Positions 1 through 26,520 of a stretch of 64,000 nt of DNA are shown piece after piece (position 1 is the first letter of the stretch; each line of letters opens with the position of its first letter). A program made the position numbers and the translations under genes. The stretch comes from Lingula anatina (taxonomy: Eukaryota > Animalia > Brachiopoda). The notes under the pieces were generated by a model. It was not told where the DNA came from. It was given only the letters and a program-made list of their open reading frames with translations, and ran no database searches. Location: NCBI GenBank assembly GCA_051362555.1, contig CM120642.1, positions 23,560,001 through 23,624,000 on the forward strand, read 5' to 3'.

Positions 1-158
1 TTATTTATTTATTTATTTACTTATTTTAGCAGTCTGGTGCATGCTAGAGATTAAAGCTAAAGTAATTTTCTGTTAGATATTATTTGATAAATTCTATTGT
101 TAAATGACACTAAGTCATCTTCATATTGCTGCAATACATGTTCGTGTTAATATTCCAG

Positions 159-1706
159 TGAAGTGTTTAAAGCTCGTGACAGGAAAACAAAAACCTTGGT
201 CGCCCTCAAAAAAGTTCTTATGGAAAATGAAAAGGAAGGGGTAAGGCCATGTAATATGTAGACTTTTCTCAGGATAGATTAGAAATTGAAAAAAATAAGT
301 ATTGCCTCTTTATTTAAAAAAATCTTATGGCTTACTTTAAAAGATGTTAAAAGGAAAAAGATAAGATATTTTCTTACATGGTATGTCTTATCATTTTACC
401 AAGCACAGCCTTATATTTGAAAAACATTTTTAAAATGCTCATGTATTGTCCTGTGGCACAAGCTCCTCACCCATGTAAAGTGTGCCATGAGCACTGACTA
501 TACTGACTATAAACTTTTTAACATTTCAGTTTCCCATCACAGCATTGAGAGAGATTAAGATTTTGCAGCTTCTGAAGAATGAAAATGTTGTTAATTTAAT
601 TGAAATTTGTAGGAGTAAAGGTAAATGAAAAGTTATCAGGAATTAAGGAAGAAAATAATTCAAAAGAACCCTCAAATGACTTTATATTTTTTTTCCAACA
701 ATATTCAGTGTAAATATGCTCTGAAATTATCCTAGCTAGTGGTAAACCTTCCATTGCAAGTACTTTTAAAAAGTTATTCAGTTTCTTATGAGATGTCATG
801 TGCCCAACAATCGCTATCTTTTTGCAGAATACTTATGATTTGTCTCTCTGTTTTCCAGCCACACCCTACAACAGATTCAAGAGTACTTTCTACCTGGTAT
901 TTGAATTCTGTGAACATGACTTAGCAGGACTTCTTAGTAATTCCAATGTGAAGTTCACCTTGGGGGAAATCAAGAAAGTTATGCAGCAACTGCTCAATGG
1001 ATTATATTACATCCACAGTAACAAAGTGCTTCATAGAGATATGAAAGCAGCTAATATTCTGATAACAAAATCAGGACAGTTGAAATTAGCTGATTTTGGA
1101 CTTGCAAGAGCTTTCAGTATTAACAACAAAGGCCAGCCAATGAGATATACCAATCGTGTTGTTACTCTATGGTATCGCCCCCCAGAACTTTTGCTTGGTG
1201 AAAGGGATTATGGACCAGCTATTGACATGTGGGGGGCGGGATGTATCATGGCAGAAATGTGGACGAGAAGTCCCATAATGCAAGGTGACACTGAGCAACG
1301 CCAACTACAGCTAATCACACAGCTTTGTGGTTCTATCACAACAAAAGTATGGCCTGATGTGGAAAAATACGAACTTTATACCAAAATGGAGCTACCAAAG
1401 GACCAAAAACGTAAAGTGAAGGATCGCCTGAAAGCCTACATTAAAGACCAATATGCCTTGGACTTACTGGATAAGTTGCTCACACTGGACCCAACCAAAC
1501 GTATCGATGGTGACCGAGCACTGGACCATGATTTTTTCTGGACAGACCCACGTCCTTGTGAGCTGGGTAAAATGCTGTCCCAGCATACTATGTCCATGTT
1601 TGAGTATCTGGCGCCCCCTAGGAGGCGTGGAGCTGGACCACACCAGCAGCAGCCTGTTGCTAAACCTGCAGCAAGCATGGACCAACATTTTGATAGGATA
1701 TTCTAG
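159..1706 (+). CDS. CDK9: Cyclin-dependent kinase 9 (P-TEFb kinase), 5'-partial; exons 159-240, 530-620, 859-1706
   Basis: Spliced translation gives EVFKARD..VALKKVLMENEKEG|FPITALREIKILQ..|..HRDMKAAN..DFGLARAF..YTNRVVTLWYRPPELLLG..FDRIF*. PITALRE is the CDK9 signature. Introns are GT-AG and in phase. Exon 1 lies upstream of the window. Confidence 0.96.
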
Positions 1707-2838
1707 TCGTTTTAATTATGATTGGGTCATTCTTTTACTTCAAATTTGAAGAGTCATGTTTTTGTATACAAAAAGCATAAGATTTTGATCTTTTATATCT
1801 GCAACATATTTTACCCTCTGTCATTTCCTTTTTTTCATTTATTCATCTCTCTGATTAGATATTTATGTTAGAAGCAACCACATTGCAGATTAACTGTCTT
1901 AAATTTAACTGGAAGGAAAATAAGATGTTGGAGAAACATAACGATCCCAAAAGTACAAAGAGAGAAATTACTGTGGAATACCCCATGATAATAATACTTG
2001 CCTGGAGTAGGGCAAGACATACTGGGATAATGTTTGACATAAATAACACAGGCCTAAAACCAACAATTTCAAATGTGGTTTAAGCTTGTGGACTTTTTAC
2101 CCCCTTAGTTGATCCAACATGAGGAATTGCATAGAACCTGGACCAAATTTTGATTCAAAGTGGATCTTTTTCTCCCAAAAGGGCAATTCTTTTTAACCCT
2201 ACCACCTGATTTTGTTCCAAGTGTTCAGTGTATAAAACATTTAAAATATTTTGTCATAATCTAGATATTGTGTCAGTTTTTTTTTTTTTTACAGTAAATC
2301 CTTTAGTTCCACTTGTATTAAATGAATGATAAGGGTATCGGCAATTATTATTGTAATTCTAGAGAATGGGTAAACTTAGTGAATTTGTATGGCAGGGATA
2401 TTTTGAAAGAACTCATTTGGAAAATTATCCTTTATTGCTTTTTAAGTTGATATATTGGTACTGTGCTCACATTGGTTCATTGGTACAAGTTGATGTAGAG
2501 AAATCAGATGCAAGTAGGTTGTCATTTATTGACTAAAATTCACCATGATTCAAATGCAAAATTGAGATGAGAATATATGATATTTTTGCTTTCATTCACT
2601 GTGGAATTTGAGATATTTGAATTTTTGTGCAATTGCCTAAGGCCAGTTTATAAGTAAGTCATGTTTTCAATTCAAGGGAACAGAAACCTGCAATAGATAT
2701 AATTATGAAGTGCTTGGTTTTCGTCTTTCAGTATTGCAATTTTTATAAGGGACCATAGGATGTCTTAGAGTTGGTTGCTGTAACTTAAAAAGTTTGTATA
2801 TATATATAGTGCTTCATGCATGACATGTTATCTTAAAG

Positions 2839-2844
2839 AATAAA
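2839..2844 (+). promoter_or_regulatory. Candidate CDK9 polyadenylation signal
   Basis: AATAAA about 1.1 kb after the stop codon, at the end of a T-rich UTR-like stretch. Confidence 0.4.
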
Positions 2845-5800
2845 GATCATTACGGTATTACCTAACGTGTCAATTTAGCATCAACTTGGTTCTTCGTAAG
2901 TGAATCCTTTTTCGTATTCCAAACCTTGGCAGTTTATAAATTGAGCATGCTCTGTGCAGTTTGTTAAACAAAAATGGAATGTTTTTTTTGTATTTTTTTT
3001 TATCTATTTATTTTATTTTTTTTTTATATCGGTGGTGGTGGATGATTCAGAACAGGATGAGTAAATTGAATCATTTTTTTTTTTTTTACTTTTATAACAT
3101 ACACTGTTCCAAATATCGAACCACTGTCTTTGAAAATCGTTTTTGTTTAACCATTGATGTAATTTTGCTTCAGCTTTGATAATCAGAAGAGGTGAGATGA
3201 TTAGTGGAATGATCCCGATCAAAAAGGCTAAAATATCAACATTGCATCGTTTAGGAGCACTGATTAACGGTAGTGCGGTTATTTTAGTACTTTCCCCGGT
3301 GGGCCTATGTGCGTGCTTATGAACACAGCACCCTGAATATCAGTTTGATTTTTTGAACGGCGTAAGGAGAGTCAAGGGTATTACTCAGGGTGGAGAATAA
3401 GGGGAGTGTTTAATATCAAGGCAGTTCAGTTAGGGTGGGCGTGCAGAAATACCATTACCTCGAAAACCTTTCAATCACCTATTTTTGTGGGTTAAACGGA
3501 ATTAAGAAGAAAACTAAATGACCGAAAAAAAAAAAAAAAAAAATTTGTTGCCAAGGCTGAATCATTTCTCCATGTAAAATCTCTTGTATTAACGATGCTA
3601 GTGATGGGATGGCGAGAAATGATTTGATTAATGGACTTCGATCATGAAATTAAACAAAAGCAAAAACTGAGATGAGTTCCAAGAATTATTCACCTCAAGA
3701 TGACTTCATCATTGTCAGTCACCTGAATTCGTATCCTATCAACGAGAGCCTTTATATTCAATTCCTCCCAATTAAAGTTATATATGCACTGTTTAGCCTT
3801 AGAGGGTAGCCGAGAACGTTGATAAACGTCTTAATTACTAAAGCCAGTTAACTAGTCAAAACAATGCAATACTACGTACGGTGAGATGACATTTAAATAA
3901 ATACCGCATGATTATATTGCGTGCGAATTTCCACTCACTGTAAACAGTGTTTTCTGTCGCCCCCCTCCCATCCCCCAACATATTATACCTTTCGGAGAAT
4001 GGTTTCTCAAAATAATTGCAGCCCGAAAATGGATCAAAACTTTTAGATAAAAATGGTCTACCTCAGTTTAAGATAAACCCATAAATGAAGAATAACGAAT
4101 TCGATAGTAGACAAACTTTTGTTTTATCACATCTCAGCTGTACATAATGTTTTTGAAGAAAAATAACAGTCCATAACCTGCAAATTTTAAAATAGATTTT
4201 ATACTGTGACAAAAGGGTCATGTAATATAGAGAACTGCCTTATTTAACAAAGCTTACCGCAATGTCAGGACAGTTGAAGGTGGAGCTGAGATTGTAGCAT
4301 ACATGTATATTAGAGTCATTCACTTAATCACGGCGTGAATGTTAGAAAAAAATCTTCTCGGTCTTGGTCTGGTAAATATATTTCCGATTATAGCTCTTGT
4401 AATTAACAAACGAACCGCCAAACATTCCATTATGCCCTCTTATCTCTGTAAGCACGCCTCTCTCTCCCTGACAACAAATGAATAGTTTGCCAGAAAACCG
4501 CCCTTTACGGCTCATATCGATACATTGACACAAAGTATTAAGTGCAGTTAAAGCCAAGACAAGTGAGAATATTAAAAACAAAATGAGCAATGGCTTAATA
4601 AAGGGTGTGTGCAATTTCCCACCACTGGGAAAAATCCAAGAACGAAATCAAGAGGATGTTGGATTTAAGGATAAAGATATAGAATTAGATCGGTGAAAAA
4701 AAAACAATGAGAATGTCGAAGGCAAATTTTTTCACTGAACTTTAGTATATCTCTCAGCCTACCAGCTTTGAAACAAAATACTTCAGGCTATTGAAGTGAA
4801 CACTGAATCAATCATTTTTTTCACGAATAATATTTTTCACCTTTCATCTTCGTGGTCATGCTGGGAGATTTTTGAAGAAAAACAGCGGATGAGCACAGGA
4901 AGAGACAAAGCAGATATTCAAATACAGGATAAAAGCCATTACAAAAATCAGTTTATATAGACACTGATTTTTTGTTTGTGTGAGACAAGTAGCATTTCAT
5001 CGCTTTACACAGCCAGGTAATCTGTCGAAGTAAGCGGTAAGTCGTACATACGATCCCAAACATGATTTAGTGATTATGAGATTTTTCCCAACCATTTCTT
5101 TAATCAAACGTTTTTGGATAAAGTAATTTTTTCATTAGGCCTGTACATCGGAATGGTCAATATCCCATTAACAACACACTACCTAGTATAGTAGTAAGAT
5201 AAGAACACAAATAAAAATGAATACTTGTTTTTGTATCACTCTGGCTACAGCTCAGTTAGAAATCTACCAGAATATGCCCTAAAGTTGAAGCTGGGCAATG
5301 ATGAAATAAAAGAAGCCCTTCTAATATAAACGTAGTTTTCAAGTGTTTGCATTTTGAAAGATGAAAGTAAGTGTTTGTGAAACCGTAAAACCGTGTTGCC
5401 AAGGTTTTTTTTACCTAAATGATGATAAGCCTTGTCTTAAATACATGATTTTTACATTAACAAAACAAACACATGTAACCCAATCAATTTTTCGAAAAAG
5501 AAAACGTGATTAAAAATATCCACTTTTCAATAGTTGAATACGTAATGCATTGGCAAATATTTGAGAACATTAAAAGTGGTAAAATCTATTACTGATGAGT
5601 GTTCCATTTAAGACTTTCTTTTTTTTCATTTAACTATATATACATTATTTCGGTTACGCGGAGCTAATAGCATGGCATGCAAAAACTACAGACCATCGGG
5701 GGCACGTGCCTTTTACATTAAAATTTAAAATTAAATTAAAATTAATTAAAATTACCAACAACACACGTTGAGATACTTATTCGTTTTTAATCAACTTCTT

Positions 5801-6351
5801 AACGCCCACATAATTTGCAAACTACCATGTATCATCGATATTGTCAAGTACACTTAAGGATAAATTTAGGCAAGCATAGCAATATAAAAATGTATCGATT
5901 TCGCAGAGATTTTCTTTGTGCCTTACAAAAAGGACATTAATTTTTCGTTCTCACCTCGTCCTGGCACCGCTTGATTGATAATGTGTGTAGTAAAATGGGG
6001 CAGGTGGTGGGTTTCCTCTCCACGTTTAAAACCAATGCACCCTGTTGATCAGAGGGGACTCACTCTGTATAGATTATCGGTGTACGCTTTAACGCAAAAG
6101 TACTGGAAGAGCTATTCATCAACCACTTACATTCAGGGCGACAGATCTCCGCTTTGTTGCCAGGGCGACCTACTTCAAACAACCTGCGCTAGTCCCATGC
6201 TGACCACGTTCGGACAGAGCTTGAAATAAATTTCTGGTGCTAGAATTTTTATGTGTTATTATTTTACTTAAGTTTGAAATACCCCATTGTTTTGCCACCT
6301 AGGACTAATTCTTGACGAAGATGCAGTAAAGCTTCGACGACACTACCACAG

Positions 6352-20026
<13,675 letters not shown>

Positions 20027-20822
20027 AGAAAAATGTTGTGTCAAGACCACAGCATCACAGCAATAACACGTTCTACATATAAATAGTGATATAGTTTTCT
20101 CATTGTCTTTTTTAAAGAAGTGGTAAAAACGAAGTGTCTCATAGATAAAATATATTGACACTTTAGATGAAAATGTATGGCCAAATTTACTTGTTGACCA
20201 CAGTCTTCTTTTCACATGCCTCTCTAGTTGCTGTGCTACGTTTAGGATATTGAACATTTGGCATGTTATTTATTCATCTATTTGTTGAGAGTCTCTGATT
20301 AAGCCTCAAATTTAAAGATACAATGTAAAAGAATTTAGGAGGAAAAATGCACGCTGTACCCTGCATATTACTGTATAATTACATTCAAGTAAACAGTTTT
20401 AACAGTATCTTTTCAAATTTTATTTTTATTTTGTCCAGTTCACCCACTGTGGATAGATAAAGATATGTTAATTAAAAACTTGGATAATTCATTCACATTT
20501 TTGTATGTTACTTGAAATTTTTTATGTATGTGTGAAAGAAAAAATGTTCCATAACAATGACCATATCAAACCAATTTCATGCTAAACAGCAAAGCCCAAG
20601 AAAGGCAAAAATGAAAACAACACAAGTGGTTTTTAGAAAGCTTTAATGCTTGATTTAAAAAAAAAGGCAATTAGAATATTGACAAATAGGGTATACACAA
20701 AATTATAATGATAACAATAATAAAAAATTACATGATAAGTGTACAACTACACTAATAATGAAAAAAAAATATATAATATTATATACATAATAAGTTGATA
20801 CAACTTTTTTAAACAATATACA

Positions 20823-21088
20823 TAGTGGCGGATTTAAAGGGGAAGGGCAAGGGGGTCCTGACCTATGTCTGAAAAAATCACACCAATGGTCCCCGCTTAA
20901 AATTAGAATTTTGACTAGCTGATTCATAGTTCTAAACCGTACCAAATGGCACCGTTCGCCCTCTAAAATACCAATTATTTTTGGGGCCCTTAAGCAGACC
21001 CTGAACCGCATGCCAAGGAAGGGGGGGGGGGGAGAAGTCAGCTTCACATCCGCGGACCCCCCTTCAAATAATCCTGGATCTGCCCCTG
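20823..21088. mobile_element. Non-autonomous hAT-like TIR element
   Basis: Ends tagtggcggattt / ggatctgcccctg, with tataca on both flanks. Confidence 0.6.
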
Positions 21089-21246
21089 TATACAGGTAAA
21101 CAAACTAGGAACAAAAACCATTTTATCATTAAAACCAAAATAAACATTATTTGCATAGAAAAAAAAACATTTAATGACAAAACAGTAAATAAAGTACTAA
21201 GTAATTGTGTACTCTAACATAATGTCATGCAGATAAATATAGTTCA

Positions 21247-23125
21247 AACTAGAGGATCAGAGAGGCGATACCGCCTCCCGATATAGTACCACCAGCTGGA
21301 GCAAGCGCATTCATGTGGACCCCTCCCCCAAAAAAAGAGACACCACCACTAGTCTTGTGCTTGACAAGCTCTATAAAATGCAATCAACAAGAATTCTCAA
21401 AATATGCAAAAAAAAAAAAAAAAAAAAAATCAAAAATGGTACAATCAAAATTCAGTTCATCATAAAAAGTAGGTCAAAGGTCAATTTTAAGGTCACAGTA
21501 AATTCCCAGTATATGACTTCCTATTCAAGTTCAATAGTAACTATGGACCTATCTCTGCCAGTTTTGGAGATAAAAGGAAACCAAATTTTACAAAATTCAA
21601 TTCATGATGAAAAATAGGTCAAAGGTCAATTTCAAGGTCACACTTAGATTGCCAGTATATGACTTCCTATTCAAGTGCAATAGTAACTATGGACCTATCT
21701 CTGCCAGTTTTGGAGATAAAAGGGAACAAAAATTTGCGAAGTTCAGTTCATGGTGAAAAGAAGGTCAAAGGTCAATTTTAAGGTCATAGCAAATTGCCTC
21801 TAATGACTTTCTATTCAAATTCAATAGTAACTATGGGCTTATCTTTGGCAGTTTTGAAAGTATAAGCATTAAAAAAGTTGCAAAGTTCAGTTTAAGGTGT
21901 TAAGTAGGTCAAAGGTCAATTTCAAGATCAGAGTAAGATTACCAGTATATAACTTCCTATTCAACTTCAATTGTAACTATGGACCTATCTCTGCCAGGTA
22001 TGGAGGGAAATAAATTAGCAGAGTTCAGTTCATGATAAAAAGTAGGTCAAAGGTCAATTTCAAGGTCACACTTAGATTGCCAGTATATGACTTCCTATTC
22101 AACTTTAATAGTAACTATTGACCTATCTGTGCCGGTTTTGGAGATAAAAGGCAACAAAAATTTGCAAAGTTCAGTTCGTGGTGAAAAGTAGGTCAAAGGT
22201 CAATTTCAAGGTCACACTCAGATTGCCAGTATATGACTTCTTATTCAACTTTAATAGTAACTATTGACCTATCTCTGCCAGTTTTGGAGATATAAGGGAC
22301 TAAATGTTAGAATTCTGAGTTACAATAATGTGCCACCACAATGTACTTTTTAATACAGCATAACACGAAAACCGTATGAAATACAAAAAAACGGAGACCA
22401 CTCCCAATGTTGGGCTTTACATGCTCTACAAAATGCAAAAAAGAACGGGTCTCTAGCATTAACGGTTCCCGAATTAGAGACAGTTTTCAGTTTCGGTATC
22501 TTATGGCCGCTACTCCCGTTAAAATGCACTGATTGACCCCAAATTCATGGAGATGAAAGATGACCCAAAGGGTAACACTTTTCAATAATATTATTGGTTA
22601 AGTCTGTGTAGTGTCTGAATAACAGCGCAAATAAACTTTTTTTTCGTAAAAAATTTCGTTTTTTTGAAAATTTTGGCCCGTTTGGCCTTGAAATAAAGGT
22701 CAAAGGTCAAATCCAAGGGCATATTTGAAATCTACACATATGACTTTTGGAAAGCTGTCTGTAGAAATTTTTCCCATAATTCCTTCCGTAGGGTAGATAA
22801 TTGGCATCGAATTTTCAAAAATTTTGACAAGGGTGCATTTCAACGAGCGTCACGCCCAGGTCAATGCACCGACTGAGACAAAAAAACCTGGGGGTTCAAG
22901 TTGAGGTTATGTGTGACCTAAATCCAAGAGATGGGGACAGGGGTCCTTGCGGTCTAGGAGGAGAAGCGGTAACGGTGACTTGTATCCGGCGCCAGTACGC
23001 GGAGCCGCATGAGCCGGCGGAGCCGCATGAGCCGGCGGAGCCGCAGGAGCCGGCGGAGCCGTACGAGACGGGTCGGGACTAAAACCATGAGTACCGCCAG
23101 CGTACACGCTGGTGGTACTAATAAA
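21247..23125. mobile_element. Non-autonomous Helentron-type element (HINE) with an internal ~145 bp tandem array
   Basis: Starts ACTAG in an A-run. Contains six ~145 bp units (aggtcaaaggtcaat at about 21471, 21616, 21762, 21906, 22044, 22190), an 18-bp GC minisatellite at about 22999-23060 and a terminal hairpin gtaccgccagcgtacacgctggtggtac followed by an A-rich flank. Confidence 0.75.
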
Positions 23126-23656
23126 ACTACAACAAATTACTGACTTATACTTTGTAGCAAATAACATCTATACCATTTGCTTCTAAATTTTAAAGTAAAA
23201 TATTCTGAACCCATGTTTCTCTGGGGCTTGTTTCAACTTGTGTCAACAGCCTCCATAAATCTGATCTTCCATGTTCTAAAAAATGCAAAATCGCACACAC
23301 ACACACACACACACTGAATAGTAGTTACAGACACTGTGGGGTATACAGCAGGCTTGAAAATGAGGAAAGCTTAGTTGGCAGCCTTACAAATTGCTGTGGT
23401 GTCACCCTATGCAAGAAGTTGTTACAACTTCTTGTCCTATACTACAGAACCCATTTGTAAATTCTTAATTGCATTTGTAAATTGACTTAAACCTAATTAG
23501 AGCAGAATGGATTACCACAAAAACAACATTGCAAATAATTGTGAACTTCAGTTTGATAACTTTGATTCTTGCTCATTAAGATATGCACAGATAATTCTTA
23601 CTCAAGCTTGAAGTCACATCTGCATTATGATTTTTTCTAACTTAAAGAAATACTAC

Positions 23657-24100
<444 letters not shown>

Positions 24101-24175
24101 CCCCGACAGCTATGGCTGCAGATAACACATGAATCACACTGAAAGGGCAAGTGTCAGTAGATTTGCGTTTCCCCG

Positions 24176-26490
24176 ATGGATACAATTCTGTTAATGAACT
24201 ATCACATTCAAAATTTGATTAAGAAATTGAGCATTGCTCAAGAGATAGTCCATGAGAATAAAGAGCTGGCAAAGAAGAGAATGAAAACAGAAAAGACAGA
24301 AAAGCTAAAGATGTTAAATATCAGATTGGAGAACGTGTATTTGTTTACAAACCAGCTGTTCCGAAAGGATGCACCAAAAAGTTAGCAAGACTTTATCATG
24401 GTCCATTCACTATCATAGATATGCCGACACCTGTTAATGTGAAATTAAGCAGAGTATCAGGTAATCATGTAGTGTAACATTTTTATAATGTTAGAGTAGT
24501 TCAATTTAGTCTGTTACGCTTAGCTATAAACACAGTGTAAAGTTAATGCTAATTTTATTATATTTAATTATGCAATTGTATCTTTGATTATTGATGTGCA
24601 TGCGTCATCGGTTTATGGTGGATCAAACACATCATTCAGGACCCACTTCAGGAATTTATGAGGTCATTATTAGTGCGCACACCTGGGCCCTTGATTAACT
24701 CTCAAAATTAGAATTTGCTCAAATTGAACATTTATTGACGATAATACAAGCGTTGTCGTCCAGGATCAAATGACTTATTGATCACCTATCTGCCATGTCC
24801 AGAAACGATGAAGTGGTCATAAAATCGGCAGATACGGGGAGCACACCTGCATTGGTCTTCATAATAGAATCAAACTCTATGTAAAATTAATTTGTTGATT
24901 TGATCTCAGAGAAGTGAGACGTTCGATTATTGTAGGGGAATATTCCTCGGCCGCGTTTGCGTTTAAGTCAGAAGTTAAGACTTGGTAACTCAGTCGCATT
25001 CGCGCTGCGGGTATTCCCCAGTCATTGATTAACTTTGATTTATTAAATTCATTAGAACTGCAAAGTGCCGTATTTATTTTCTTGACTTTCCGATTCGCTG
25101 AGTTTCTAAGCCCGTACCGCAACACTCGTACGGCCGGGCCTGGCACCATACATTGCGTTATCCAACAAGTAAAGTCACGAACTTTACAACGACTAGGCAT
25201 CACATGTCCAGCTGCTGAGCTGGGGTGCTTTAACCCAATTTAAGTGCAAATGGTCATCAAAAGCTAATCAATCAATTGTCAAAGATACGCGTTTTTGGGA
25301 GTAGAAGCAGTTCCACCCATTAGAGAAAAAATCCAACAATTTTACAAGTCAAAACAGATCATCTAAGTTTATCTTTATGAAAATCGAATAGGCAACGACA
25401 CCAAGATACCAAGGTAACAATATTTTATATTTTAATGCAATTTTAAAGGTATATTTTAATGATAGAAAACTGTAACACCCCCGGTGCTTTGTTCTCTGAG
25501 CATGCCACATGGTTCAAACTGAACTTGCTTCTACAGATAAATTTTATGTACATTTCTACCTGATTTTCTTCTTATAAAGTGCACATGATTAACATCAAAG
25601 GTTATATAATTATTACTTGTCACAGCATTTTATAGAAAAGTTAGTAAAAAAGCAGTTTAATTAGTTTATCAGGATTTTTAAGTAGTGTCATATCCATTTT
25701 TTTTTTAGATTGAAAGTTATTGTAAGTAGAATTAAATGTCTTTTTGCTAAAGAACATATCTATTCTATAGGACAACTTAGAGAGATTACGTGCACTAGGG
25801 CAAAAGGGGCCAAAGTTGTGAGTTAAACTGTATTTATTGGTTTATTTAGATTAGAGACATGTTATTAATATTCCATTCTTTATGTTACAAATATTATATT
25901 GGAATTAATTTCTTATTTTTTGATATATTTCTATGTCACTACATTCATAGTGTGTTAAATGATTCAATTTAATTAATTGAGCAGTGTCATGTTACAAGTT
26001 GAGTGTTATTGTTTACTTTGAGCCACTAGTAAGTGTAGGCTGTGTGTACAAATTGTCACATATAATATTCTCCAGTCAGTCTGAGTACAGTCAAGACGTG
26101 TTAGTTTAAGACAATGTAACAAGGTCAGAAAATGGTTAGATGTTTTATTTTTCTTTGATTTTTGTTTAATTATTTTATTATTTCAGATTCACGGTAATTT
26201 GGCATTGAAATACTTCGGTATTCTGGTACTACCTATCAGTGAATAAAGGTTCCATCATCTAGTTACATCATCTTGTTACGTCATCATCTCGACAAATGCA
26301 TGCAAACTCTACATGTAGTGAAAAATTTGTCCATGTAAATCGATTGAAAATGGGGTAAGACAGGAAAATGAGACTGCCAGATACTGAAATTCCTGATTTA
26401 AATTATGCTGACAGTACAGAACTTCAAGAAGAAGATTTTCCAAGTGAAAGTTTTATCACTGAGCCAGGAAATGAAGAGCAACAATAAAAT
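24176..26490 (+). mobile_element. Gypsy-type integrase C-terminal remnant, split by a solo LTR
   Basis: Frameshifted translation ..AQEIVHENKELAKKRMK..YQIGERVFVYKPAVPKGCTKKLARLYHGPFTI.. resumes after 26318 with FVHVNRLK (GPF/Y module). Confidence 0.8.
24473..26313 (+). mobile_element. Solo LTR, about 1.84 kb
   Basis: TGT...ACA termini, 5-bp TSD TGTAG (24468-72 and 26314-18), and AATAAA about 70 bp before the 3' end. The interrupted reading frame continues on both sides. Confidence 0.85.
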
Positions 26491-26520
26491 GAGACTGGAG
26501 GACAGGTGGATAAAGTTAAT

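Noticed and set aside
798-858. ORF-track start MCPTIAIF for the kinase
   Set aside because: This is intron sequence read in frame. The true acceptor is at 857-858.
4273-4772. Possible Kolobok-like MITE
   Set aside because: The inverted ends are too short and mismatched to support a call.
5945-6045. Possible degenerate SINE core (ggcaggtggtgggtttcctctccac)
   Set aside because: The resemblance is weak, and no A/B boxes, tail or TSD can be identified.
22864-23082. ORF with EPHEPA repeats
   Set aside because: It is a translation of the HINE 18-bp minisatellite.
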